Source: Vicinamibacterales bacterium
Lineage (GTDB): Bacteria; Acidobacteriota; Vicinamibacteria; Vicinamibacterales; JAMQPK01
Reading direction: 5' to 3'
DNA length: 64,000 bases
Assembly (NCBI GenBank): GCA_963821395.1
Contig: CAWGDY010000013.1
Location: 68,113 to 132,112 of the forward strand
The position numbers and the translations under genes are program-made. The notes beneath the pieces are model-generated. The model searched no databases. It was not told the origin of the DNA and was given only the letters and a program-made list of their open reading frames with translations. This document shows, one piece after another, positions 28,926 through 37,724 of this stretch (position 1 is the stretch's first letter; each line of letters starts with the position of its first letter).

Positions 28926-30297
28926 TTAGAGATCCGTCAGCCGTCCCGTGCTGTCTCCGAAGCCGGCGACGGCGGCACGCCCGGCGAGATCGAACATGTT
29001 GAGGAACAGGTTGTTCAGCGGCGTTTCCTTCGGGTACACGATGTGGCGATTGCCCTTCACCTGGCCGTTCGCGTTGCCGGCCAGCACGATCGGCAGATCG
29101 TCGTGCGTGTGAATGTTCGACTCGCTCAGGCTGCTGCCGAACACCACGAGCGAGTGATCGAGCAGCGTGCCGTCGCCGTCGGGGGTCTCCTGCAGCTTCT
29201 GCAGCAGATAGCCGAACATCGCCGTGTGCAGCTCGTCGATCTTGATCAGCTTCTCGACGCGCTCCGGGTCCTGCTGGTGGTGCGAGATCGAGTGGTGGCC
29301 GTCGGAGATACCGATTTCGCGATAGGCGCGGTTGCTGCCGTCGCGGCCCATGGTGAACGACGTGACGCGCGTCATGTCGGTCTGCCAGGCGATGACCTGC
29401 AGATCCATCATGAGCTTGCAGTACTGCTCGTAGTCGTCCGGAATCGCGCTCGGCCGCTCCATGTGCGGCAGCTTCATCGGTGATGTTCTGTTCCTCGGCG
29501 CGCTGAATGCGGCGCTCGATGTCGCGGACCGCCTCGAGGTACTCGTCGAGCTTCCGCTTGTCGCCTGCGCCGAGCGACCCTCGAGGCGCGTCAGGCTGGA
29601 CGTGACGTAATCGAGCACGCTCTTCTGGCTTTCGAGCCGCGCCATCCGGTCGGCCGCCGAGGTGCTTTCGCCGTCGCCGAACAGGCGCTCGAACACCGCG
29701 CGCGGGTTGATCTCGCCGGGCAGCGGGCTGGTCTCGCCCCGCCACGACATCGACATGTACGCGCACGTGTAACCCGAGTCGCAGTTGCCGGCGAGCGGCG
29801 GCTGTTCGAGCGCGAGCTCGAGCGACGCCAGCTGCGTCTGCTTGCCGAACTCCTGCGCGGCGATTTGGTCGGCCGAGATGCCGAGCTTGAAGTCGGCGCC
29901 GCCGGTCTTGTACGGGTGCACGCCGGTCAGCCACGTGGCGGTCGCGCGCGCGTGGTCGCCGGGACCGTCACCGAGCGCGCGTCCCGTCACCTGCGCCAGA
30001 CCGCTCAGCACGACGACGTTCTCGCGGAACGGCTCGAGCGACTTCATCGTCGGGCTGAACTCGAAGTTGGCGCCGGCCTGCCGCGGCGTCCACATGAATT
30101 GCTTCGGGCTCTTGTCGTTGCACCCGATGATGCCGTTCGGCGTATAGACGTACCCGAGCCGCACGGGCGCCTTCCTGCGCGGTCTGCGCGAGCGCGGTCA
30201 GCGGCGCGAACATCGAATCGAGCACGGGCAGGGCCATCGCGGCGCCTACGCCTCTCAGGAACGTCCGCCGCGGCAGGGTCTTGTTGGTGATGATCAT
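28926..30297 (-). pseudogene. DUF1552-family protein with Tat signal; three frameshifts (near 30170, 29585, 29478)
   Basis: MIITNKTLPRRTFLRGVGAAMALPVLDSM is a Tat signal. Also RLGYVYTPNGI, SLELALE and KRKLDEYLEAVRDIERRIQRAE (in another frame), then DGHHSISHH and LLDHSLVVFGSSLSESNIHTHDDLPIVLAG. This arrangement is typical of DUF1552. Confidence 0.75.
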
Positions 30298-30299
30298 GA

Positions 30300-32716
30300 C
30301 TAGCTCCTAATTATGTTTCGCGCTTCGCCCCGCGCCGTTTGCCGCATCGTGAATGGTGTGCTCTTCACGATCGAGACAATCAGCGACGACATCCGATAGT
30401 TGTCGGCAGCCGCCTGCCGCGCGATCGCCCGCACGGTTGGATTGTCGTAGTACTCGACGCCGCGCCCCAGCGCATACGTCATCAACTTCTCGGTGACGGT
30501 CCGCACGAAGTCCTCGCGGTACTTCGTCACCATCAACTGCGTGAGCCCGGCGGGGCCGTTGAACTCGGTACCGTCCGGCAGCCGGCCGCTCGCGTCGATG
30601 TGCCCGCCGGCATCCTCGTCACGCCATTTTCCGACGCCGTCGTAGTTCTCGAGCGCGAACCCGATCGGATCCATGCGCGCGTGGCACGCCGCACACACGG
30701 CGTTCGGCACGGTGCTGCTCCATCTGCGCGCGCAGCGACAGCGCCTTGCCGTCCTTCTTCGCCACCAGCTCCGGCACGTCGGCCGGCGGCGGTGGCGGCG
30801 GCGTTCCCAGCAGGTTCTCGAGCATCCACTTGCCGCGCAGCACGACCGAGGTGCGATTGGGATACGACGTCACGGTCAGGATGCTGCCCTTGCCCGAGCA
30901 GGCCGCGCCGGTTCGGATCGGTCAGCGTCACGCGGCGGAACTGCGAGCCGTAGACGCTGCGGGATGCCGTAGTGCTCTGCGAGGCGCTCGTTGACGAACG
31001 TGTGGTCGGCCGTCAGCAGGTCGAGCAGACTGCGATCTTCGCGGACGATGCTGCCGACGAAGAGCTCCGTTTCTTTCATGAACGCCGTCGCGCAGCGCCT
31101 CGTCGAACGGGAAGATGACCGGGTCGGGCGTCGACCGTCTCGACGTTGCGCAGATGCAGCCACTGCCCGGCAAAGTTCGAGATGAGCGCCTCGGAGCGCT
31201 CGTCGGCGAGCATGCGCTGCACCTGCTGCTGCAGCACGACAGGATTCTTCAGCCGGCCCTTCTCGGCCAGATCGAGCAGCTGATCGTCCGGCATGCTGCT
31301 CCAGAGGAAGAACGACAGGCGCGACGCAAGCTCGAGATCGCGAAACCGGATAGGCCTTGCCCGGCATCGCGCGCCGGATCTCGTTCGATGCGGAAGAGGA
31401 AGTCGGGCGAGACGAGCAAGCGCTTCGAGCGCGCGCTGAATGCCGGTGTCGAAGTCCCCGCCTTCGCTGAAGCTTCGGCGGGCAAGCCCGGCCCTTCTCG
31501 TAAAACGCGAGCAGCGGCTGCACGTCGGCCGGCGTCACCGGGCGCCGAAACGCGCGGCGCGCGAGCGTGGTCGAGAATCGTCCGCGCGCAGGCGGCTTCT
31601 TCCTTCGCGGTCCTCGGCTCGCACGTGAAAATCTTCGAGCGGCTGGCGGTCACGCCGCGTCCAGACGTCTCATACGGGCCGCCGATCACCAATTGCCTGA
31701 CGTCGGGTGTTCCGCCGGGCACATCGAATCGTTTGACGCGCGCGCCGTCCAGCCGGAGATCGACCGGATACGGCACCTGCGGAACGCCGCTCCGCGCCGG
31801 CGCCGCCGCCACGGCCCGGACCTTCGCTCTCGACCTTGAGATTTTCGCGCGGCGACGTGACGCCCACCCAATGAAGTCCCGCTTTCACGGGGACGCGCAC
31901 CTGATACGGATCGATCTCCGGATCGTTCTCGCCGATCGGCGGACCCGGGATGCGAATCTTGAAGACGTATTCGCCATCCACGGGGAAGTAGTGCTGTATC
32001 GAGATGCCGGCGCGCGAGTCGAACGGCAGATCGTCGCTGATGCGCTCGTTGCGCGTGCCCTTGATCGGATCGCGCTTGGCGTCGTAGATGTCTTCGACCG
32101 GCTTCAGCGAGATGTCGCCGACGGCGAGCCGGCTGATGCGCCGCGCCGCGGTCATGTAGCGCTCGAGCAGCGCCGGCGACGTCGACAGCACGGCCGCGAT
32201 GTTGTCGAATCCGTAGCCGGAATCGTCGACCGGCAGCCATGCGCCCGGCTTGACGTCGACCGCCAGCAGGTCGCGGATGACGTTGCTGTATTCGGCGCGG
32301 TTCAGGCGGTGGACGGGCGCGCGACCCGGATTGGGCCGTGCGACGGCCGCCCGGTCCAGCGTGCGTTCGAGGAAAGCCGCAAATGCCGCAGACGCCTCGG
32401 GTGCGGGCCGCGTTCGCACGGTCGGCGGCGGCATTTCGCCCGACCGCACCTTTCGAAGGACCTTCTCCCACACGCCGGCATCGGCGCTCACGCTGGTCAC
32501 GTCGACCTGCTGCAGCGAGAGACCGCCCGTCTTCAGCTTGTCGCTGTGACAGTTGACGCACGACCGGTTCACCAGCGCCGCGTGCGAGGACACGTCGGTT
32601 GCCGCGGGTTTCTGCACCTGCGACGAAGCCTGCCGGGTGTACATGGGTGCCCACAGGAGCATGCTGCCGGCCGCGAGCCACACCATTCGCATCGTTGTCA
32701 CGTTCTGTCTCTCCAT
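30300..32716 (-). pseudogene. DUF1592/DUF1588/DUF1587/DUF1585-type protein with N-terminal CxxCH (PSCyt-like) motif; at least 5 frameshifts
   Basis: The signal is followed by SCVNCHSDKLKTGGLSLQ, MPPP, and RLNRAEYSNVIRDLL. Later segments ([29 protein letters not shown]) lie in shifted frames. The C-terminus [25 protein letters not shown] is the DUF1585-type end. Confidence 0.75.
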
Positions 32717-32797
32717 TATCGGGTTTTTTGCGTCGAATTCGCCTCTGATCTTTGACCTCACCCCTTGGGGGGAGCAGGGTGGATTTGCCCTGCACGC

Positions 32798-32803
32798 TAT
32801 AAT
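32798..32803 (+). promoter_or_regulatory. Candidate -10 box (TATAAT) 11 nt upstream of the sulfatase-like gene ATG
   Basis: A perfect TATAAT in a GC-rich divergent intergenic region, with no SD between it and the ATG at 32815. This suggests a leaderless or near-leaderless transcript. No convincing -35 was found. Confidence 0.3.
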
Positions 32804-32814
32804 TTGCGCCGAGA

Positions 32815-34893
32815 ATGCCCGATTCACGCTGGCGCCGCGCACTCGCTCTGCTGTTTCCCGCGCTGCTCCCGTCCCTGCAACTGTTTCTATTCGGCCCGCA
32901 TACCCTGTATGCCGGAAACCCCGAAGAGTTCAGCGCGCCGTTCTCGAGCATCATCGTGCACCTCGCGCCGATGATCCTCGGGGTCACCGGCGTGCTCATC
33001 CTTATTGGCCTGGCGCTGCCCGAGCGGTTCTATCGCCACTACCTCGTCGGATTGGTGGGTGTTGGTCTTGTCCTCTGGATACAGGGCAACCTGATCGTGG
33101 GCGATTACGGGGTACTGAACGGTGAGGAGGTCGACTGGAGCGGCCAGGCATGGCGCAATCGGTACGAGCCACTGCTGTGGATTGGACTTCCGCTCGTGTT
33201 CACGATCTTCGCGAGCCGGCTGTTAACCGTGTCGGTGTTCGTGAGCCGCACCCTCGTGGTGCTGCAGGCCGTGCTCATGGCGGTGACCGCCGCCAAGGCC
33301 GACCCCGAGGTGCGCGCGAAGTGGGAGGGTCCTCCCGACGCGATCTTCGAAGCCTCGTCGACGCAGAACGTCTTCCATTTCGTGCTCGACGGTTTTCAGT
33401 CCGATGTCTTCCTCGACATCATCGAAGCGGAACGCGCCGAGATGGACCGAAGCTTCTCGGGATTCACGTTCTTCGCCAATCACGCCGGAGCGTTCCCGAC
33501 GACGATCGTCAGCATCCCGACCATGCTGACGGGACAGGCGTACCGGAACCAGGAGCCGATTCGCCGGTTCATGAACCAGGCGTTCAAGAAGGGATCGATC
33601 TTCAACGTCATGCGCTCGCAGGGCTATCAGGTGGACGCGATCTCGGGTCTGATCTTCGACAAGGCATCCGCCACCAACTACTACCGTCTGCCGACGCCAT
33701 ATGTCACCTACGATGCGTATGTGAGGTTCACGGCGTGGCAGCTCGCCGACCTCTCGCTCTTCCGGCATTCACTGCATCTGCTGAAACCGACCATTTACAA
33801 CAACCAGTCGTGGCGGCTGCAGAACGCCTTCGGGCAGGACAACGCCGACACCGCTGGACGCCGTCATTTCCCCGTGAACGCCGAAGCGTTCATGAGGGAT
33901 TTCACGCCGCGACTGCACGTGGCCCACGATCGGCCGCTCTACAAATATGTGCACGTGGGCATTCCTCACTGGCCGATGACGCTCGACGCAGACTGCCGCT
34001 ACATCGGCATCAATCGCGCGTCGCGCGAACTCTACACCGGCCAGGCCCGGTGTGCGGTCAGGCTGGTCGCCGAGTTTCTCGACCGGTTGCGCGAGCTTGA
34101 CATCTACGACAGCAGCATGGTGCTCATCACGTCGGACCACGGTATTGCGATCACGCCGGATGGGTTCACCGGCGAGCGCGACACAGTTGGCGGCCCGCTG
34201 TCGAACCTGTCGGGCAGTGCGCTCGCGCTGCTCGTCGTAAAGCCGCCGCACAGCACCGGCCCGATCCGTATCTCGCAGGCGCCGACGATGATCAGCGACA
34301 TTCCTGCAACCATCGTCGACACGATGGGCCTGAAGAATCCGTTTCCCGGCACGCCCGCGATGAAAGTGGACGAACATGCGCCGCGCCCGCGCACCTTCGC
34401 GGTGTATCCGTGGAGCAGCGCGGATTGGGCCGCCGACCACTTTCCCTACATGGATGTGTTCACGATTAACGGCCCGGTCATCGATGGGGCCGCATGGCAG
34501 ACGGAGGATCCAGCCTACCCGCCGGATGTCGCCGTCGGCGATCGCTCGCGGGGGTTCTATCCTCCCGAACGCGGCGGCACCGGCGTCACGTTCCGATGGA
34601 TTGGCCCAACCGCCTATTTGCACGCGCCGCCTGATGCTAAAGGGTTCGAACTGGCCGTGCGATCGGCGGCAACAACCCCGCAGACGCTCACCGTGGAGAT
34701 TCGCGGCAAGGTGGTGGACACGCGCACGCTGAGCGATAACGAGTGGAACACACTCACCTATCAGATCGGTCCCAAACCCAAAGAGGCGAAACCCGACGCC
34801 GAGTGGGTCGTCCTGAAAGTCGAGCCAATGTGGCGCCCCCGCACTGACCGTCGCCGACTCGGCGTCATGACGCGCGATTTGAAATGGCGCTGA
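32815..34893 (+). CDS. Membrane-anchored sulfatase/alkaline-phosphatase superfamily enzyme (LTA synthase / phosphoglycerol or phosphoethanolamine transferase-like)
   Basis: About 170 aa of N-terminal TM helices, then NVFHFVLDGFQSDVF (metal/nucleophile region), PTTIVSIPTMLTG, HVGIPHWP and MVLITSDHG. Confidence 0.7.
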   Translation: MPDSRWRRALALLFPALLPSLQLFLFGPHTLYAGNPEEFSAPFSSIIVHLAPMILGVTGVLILIGLALPERFYRHYLVGLVGVGLVLWIQGNLIVGDYGVLNGEEVDWSGQAWRNRYEPLLWIGLPLVFTIFASRLLTVSVFVSRTLVVLQAVLMAVTAAKADPEVRAKWEGPPDAIFEASSTQNVFHFVLDGFQSDVFLDIIEAERAEMDRSFSGFTFFANHAGAFPTTIVSIPTMLTGQAYRNQEPIRRFMNQAFKKGSIFNVMRSQGYQVDAISGLIFDKASATNYYRLPTPYVTYDAYVRFTAWQLADLSLFRHSLHLLKPTIYNNQSWRLQNAFGQDNADTAGRRHFPVNAEAFMRDFTPRLHVAHDRPLYKYVHVGIPHWPMTLDADCRYIGINRASRELYTGQARCAVRLVAEFLDRLRELDIYDSSMVLITSDHGIAITPDGFTGERDTVGGPLSNLSGSALALLVVKPPHSTGPIRISQAPTMISDIPATIVDTMGLKNPFPGTPAMKVDEHAPRPRTFAVYPWSSADWAADHFPYMDVFTINGPVIDGAAWQTEDPAYPPDVAVGDRSRGFYPPERGGTGVTFRWIGPTAYLHAPPDAKGFELAVRSAATTPQTLTVEIRGKVVDTRTLSDNEWNTLTYQIGPKPKEAKPDAEWVVLKVEPMWRPRTDRRRLGVMTRDLKWR

Positions 34894-34953
34894 TTCTTTT
34901 CGTTGTTTCAGATCTTTTGATCTTCTGACCTTCTGATCTTCTGTGTCCGTGAC
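34894..34953. repeat. Tandem octamer array E (CTGATCTT-like)
   Basis: CAGATCTT TTGATCTT CTGACCTT CTGATCTT CTGTGTCC. It occupies the entire 60-nt spacer between the convergent sulfatase-like gene and the RidA gene. Confidence 0.75.
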
Positions 34954-35421
34954 TCAGATCGCCGCGATGCAGTCGATCTCGACGAGCGAATCGCCAGGAA
35001 TACCACCGGCCGCGGCGATCGTCGTCCGCACGGGCGGCTCGAGGCCGAAACGCCCCTGGAACGCGCCGTTCATTCCCGCGTAGTCCTTCAGGTCGTTCAG
35101 GTACACGTTCACCTTCAGCACCTTGTCCATCGACGAGCCGACTGACAGGAGACGCTTCTCGATTTCGTCGAGCACGTGCTTGGTGTGCTCGCCGATGTCT
35201 CCCTTGAAGTGCGCCCCGATGCCGGCGATGAACACCATGTTGCCGAACGTGACGATGCCGCTGAAGAGGGGCGGCTTCTCGGGTGGCTTGCCATTGGGCC
35301 AGATCACGCGCTTCACGGGCTTTTGCCCGGCAGTCGTCTGCGCGCCGGCAGCCGCGGGAAGCGCAACGGCGGCGGCAACGGCCGTGGTTTGGGTGAGGAA
35401 CTTGCGGCGGTTCGATGTCAT
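34954..35421 (-). CDS. RidA/YjgF/L-PSP family protein with Tat signal
   Basis: MTSNRRKFLTQTTAVAAAVALPAAAGAQ is a Tat signal. The core is VFIAGIGAH...HVLDEIEKRLLSVGSSMDKVLKVNVYLNDLKDYAGMNGAF...PVRTTI...LVEIDCIA. Confidence 0.8.
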   Translation of the reverse strand: MTSNRRKFLTQTTAVAAAVALPAAAGAQTTAGQKPVKRVIWPNGKPPEKPPLFSGIVTFGNMVFIAGIGAHFKGDIGEHTKHVLDEIEKRLLSVGSSMDKVLKVNVYLNDLKDYAGMNGAFQGRFGLEPPVRTTIAAAGGIPGDSLVEIDCIAAI

Positions 35422-35434
35422 AGGGATCCTCCTG

Positions 35435-35473
35435 GCGCGGCTAAAGCCGCGCCCTACGCTAAGCCGCGCTACG
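35435..35473. repeat. REP-like hairpin + tail, copy R8
   Basis: GCGCGGC-TAAA-GCCGCGC-CCTACG, followed by CTAAGCCGCGCTACG. It lies between an AGGAGG SD-proximal region and the RidA start. Confidence 0.7.
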
Positions 35474-35518
35474 TGTTGTCGCCGTTACCGTGTTGTCGCC
35501 CTACGGTGTTGTCGCCGT
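35469..35518. repeat. 16-17 nt tandem repeat x3 (core GTGTTGTCGCC)
   Basis: The core occurs at 35473-35483, 35490-35500 and 35506-35516, each preceded by TAC(N). The third copy encodes the C-terminus and stop of the amidohydrolase (LTATTP*). Confidence 0.8.
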
Positions 35519-36721
35519 GAGACCGTTCAAATCGTAAACAACCTTGCCGTCGCGCAACGTGAGCTCGCACGTGATTCGTTGTGTGCCATCGAGGCGCACG
35601 CCAGGACCGTCAACGTACCCGAAGTGGCCTTTCTCCACGCGCCACACGGCCACGTCCGCATTCGCGCCGGGCGAGAGGTGTCCGAGCGCTTCCTGGCGGA
35701 TCGTACGAGCGGCATTCCACGTCGTCCGGCGGATCACCTCGTCCAGCGAAAGGCCGAGCGAGAGAAATTTGCTCATCACGTTGGGCATGTCCTTCATCCC
35801 GCCGCTCAGGCTCGCCATGTGAATGTCGGTCGAAATCGTATCGGGCAGAAATCCTTCCTTGATCGCAGGCACCGCGATGCGCCACGCAAAGCTGGTGGCT
35901 CCGTGGCCGACGTCGAAGAGGACACCCCGCTTCCTGGCTTCCCAGAGCGCCGGATTCACCTTGCCTGACGGATCCTGTTCTCCGCGAATCCCGGAGTACA
36001 CGTGCGTGTAGATGTCGTTCGGCCGCAGCTTCACCATCACCAGTTCCGACAGCGGCCGCTCGTTCCGACGCGCGCCGAAGTCCACCATCACCGGCAGATT
36101 GGCGAGCGTGCCCGCCTCGACCGCCCGCTCGACCGGCGCCCATTCGGGTCCTGAATAGTGCGCCGTCTTGATGCCGACGACGAGCCCGGGGTAGCGGCGC
36201 GCCATGTCCGCTGTCGGCTGCGCCGCCATGTCGTTCAGATCCTGCTCGAACTTCCCGCCGCGCATCCCGTGGCCGACGATGTTCAGAAACGCGAGGACAC
36301 GAGTCGACGCGCGATCGATGATGCGCTGCTTGAAGTCTTCGAAGTTGCGCCACCCGGAGCTGCCCGTGTCGACAACCGTCGTCACGCCCGAGCGGGGCGC
36401 CACGAGGTCGGGATAGACGCTGTTGTCGCCGGCATACGAACGCGCCTCGCCGGTACCGGCATAGACGTGCGTGTGAATGTCCACGATCCCTGGACTGACG
36501 AAGAGCCCACTGACGTCGACCGTTTTGACGGCATCAGCGGGATCGATCTTCGGCGCGATCGCGGCGACCTTCCCTGCCGATATAGCAATGTCTCGAACTG
36601 CACTCACGCCATTGCGGGGATCTATCAGATGACCGCCCTGCAGCAGTACGTCGTACTTCTGCGCTGCGGTGGGCGCGTCAACAACAAGGACGAGCAGCAG
36701 CGCCAGCGATATCCGATTCAC
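35501..36721 (-). CDS. Amidohydrolase (dihydroorotase/deacetylase-like metallo-hydrolase) with Sec signal
   Basis: MNRISLALLLVLVVDAPTAAQ signal. YDVLLQGGHLIDP...VDVSGLFVSPGIVDIHTHVY (HxH metal motif) and FDVGHG. Confidence 0.8.
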   Translation of the reverse strand: MNRISLALLLVLVVDAPTAAQKYDVLLQGGHLIDPRNGVSAVRDIAISAGKVAAIAPKIDPADAVKTVDVSGLFVSPGIVDIHTHVYAGTGEARSYAGDNSVYPDLVAPRSGVTTVVDTGSSGWRNFEDFKQRIIDRASTRVLAFLNIVGHGMRGGKFEQDLNDMAAQPTADMARRYPGLVVGIKTAHYSGPEWAPVERAVEAGTLANLPVMVDFGARRNERPLSELVMVKLRPNDIYTHVYSGIRGEQDPSGKVNPALWEARKRGVLFDVGHGATSFAWRIAVPAIKEGFLPDTISTDIHMASLSGGMKDMPNVMSKFLSLGLSLDEVIRRTTWNAARTIRQEALGHLSPGANADVAVWRVEKGHFGYVDGPGVRLDGTQRITCELTLRDGKVVYDLNGLTATTP

Positions 36722-37599
36722 CTGGCGATCGCCTTCTTGATGGCGTCGACCGTCACCTTCGAGCGGAATTCGACAATCTTTCTCGCAAGCTCGATATTTT
36801 TCGAGCGATTCGAGACATCCGCGCCGTTGATCGTCGCCTTACCGATTTTTACGCGTTCGTCGAAGCGAACCGCACTTGCGTCGTCGATGAACATGTTGAG
36901 CGTGATGATCGGATCATCATGCAGGTCGTCACCCCTCGGTTTGCTCACCAGTCCCTCGCCGGCCATGTACTTCTCAACACCGGCATAGTCGTAGTATTCA
37001 GGAATGTGGGCAACTGACCCGCGACCCCATTCAGCGCCGAGCTTATCGGCAACAGCCTTCTGGCCAGCCTGGTTGCCGCCGCTATCGCCGATGAAAATGA
37101 TGCTCTTGAACCCATGCGCCTGCAGACTCCGTGCGATGTCTTCAAGAATGGCGCGGTAGGTACCTTCCCTCATTGTGATCGTGCCGGGGCTCCCCATATG
37201 GCCGCTCTTGGTCGTGTAGTCGCCTTCTGGCACGAACTTCACGATCGGCGCGCAAAGTGCGTCGCCCAGCTTACGTGCAATCGCGTCGCAATTCGCGTGA
37301 AGCACGTAGTTATGCTTGCCCAGCGCGAGCCACGGGCCGTTCGGTTCGATGCCGCCAGTCGGGACAATCACCGTTCGCTTTCCTGCGCTCAACGCGTCTC
37401 GCACATCCATCCACGTCATCTCTTCGATCCAGACCGTGTCCGGAGTGCGGATCGGATTCGGCGTGTCGACGCAGTTGTACACGTTGTCGCGGCAGTCGGC
37501 GCCGCCCCTCGAGCGTGGGTCGGGAGTGCGCTGCCCTTGACCGGAAGCGACGAGCGTTGGCAACGCAAGCGCGATCAACAGCGAGACGACGTTTTTCAT
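36718..37599 (-). CDS. Creatininase-family (creatinine amidohydrolase-like) protein with Sec signal and divergent metal motif
   Basis: MKNVVSLLIALALPTLVASGQ signal. VIVPTGGIEPNGPWLALG...SPGTITMREGTYRAILEDIARSLQAHGFKSIIFIGDSGGN follows the creatininase layout, but the usual E-x-H-G-x-H-L-P string reads IEPNGPWLA. An AAGGAG SD precedes the ATG at 37599. Confidence 0.65.
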   Translation of the reverse strand: MKNVVSLLIALALPTLVASGQGQRTPDPRSRGGADCRDNVYNCVDTPNPIRTPDTVWIEEMTWMDVRDALSAGKRTVIVPTGGIEPNGPWLALGKHNYVLHANCDAIARKLGDALCAPIVKFVPEGDYTTKSGHMGSPGTITMREGTYRAILEDIARSLQAHGFKSIIFIGDSGGNQAGQKAVADKLGAEWGRGSVAHIPEYYDYAGVEKYMAGEGLVSKPRGDDLHDDPIITLNMFIDDASAVRFDERVKIGKATINGADVSNRSKNIELARKIVEFRSKVTVDAIKKAIAR

Positions 37600-37612
37600 C
37601 GCATCTCCTTGG

Positions 37613-37639
37613 GTCCGGCTAAAGCCGGACACTACGTAC
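37613..37639. repeat. REP-like hairpin + tail, copy R9
   Basis: GTCCGGC-TAAA-GCCGGAC-ACTACGTAC, 14 nt upstream of the creatininase-like start on the coding strand. Confidence 0.75.
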
Positions 37640-37724
37640 TTCACGGAGATCTCTATCCGTTCTTCCTTCTTCCTTTTTCCTTCCTTTTTCCTTACCTGCA
37701 ACGAGTTTCCTTACCTGCGACGAG
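37640..37724. repeat. Polypyrimidine (plus strand) tract F plus an 18-nt tandem duplication spanning the SelA-like stop codon
   Basis: TTCTTCCTTCTTCCTTTTTCCTTCCTTTTTCC, followed by TTCCTTACCTGCAACGAG (37688-37705) and TTCCTTACCTGCGACGAG (37707-37724). The second copy encodes the last residues and stop of the SelA-like gene. Confidence 0.8.
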
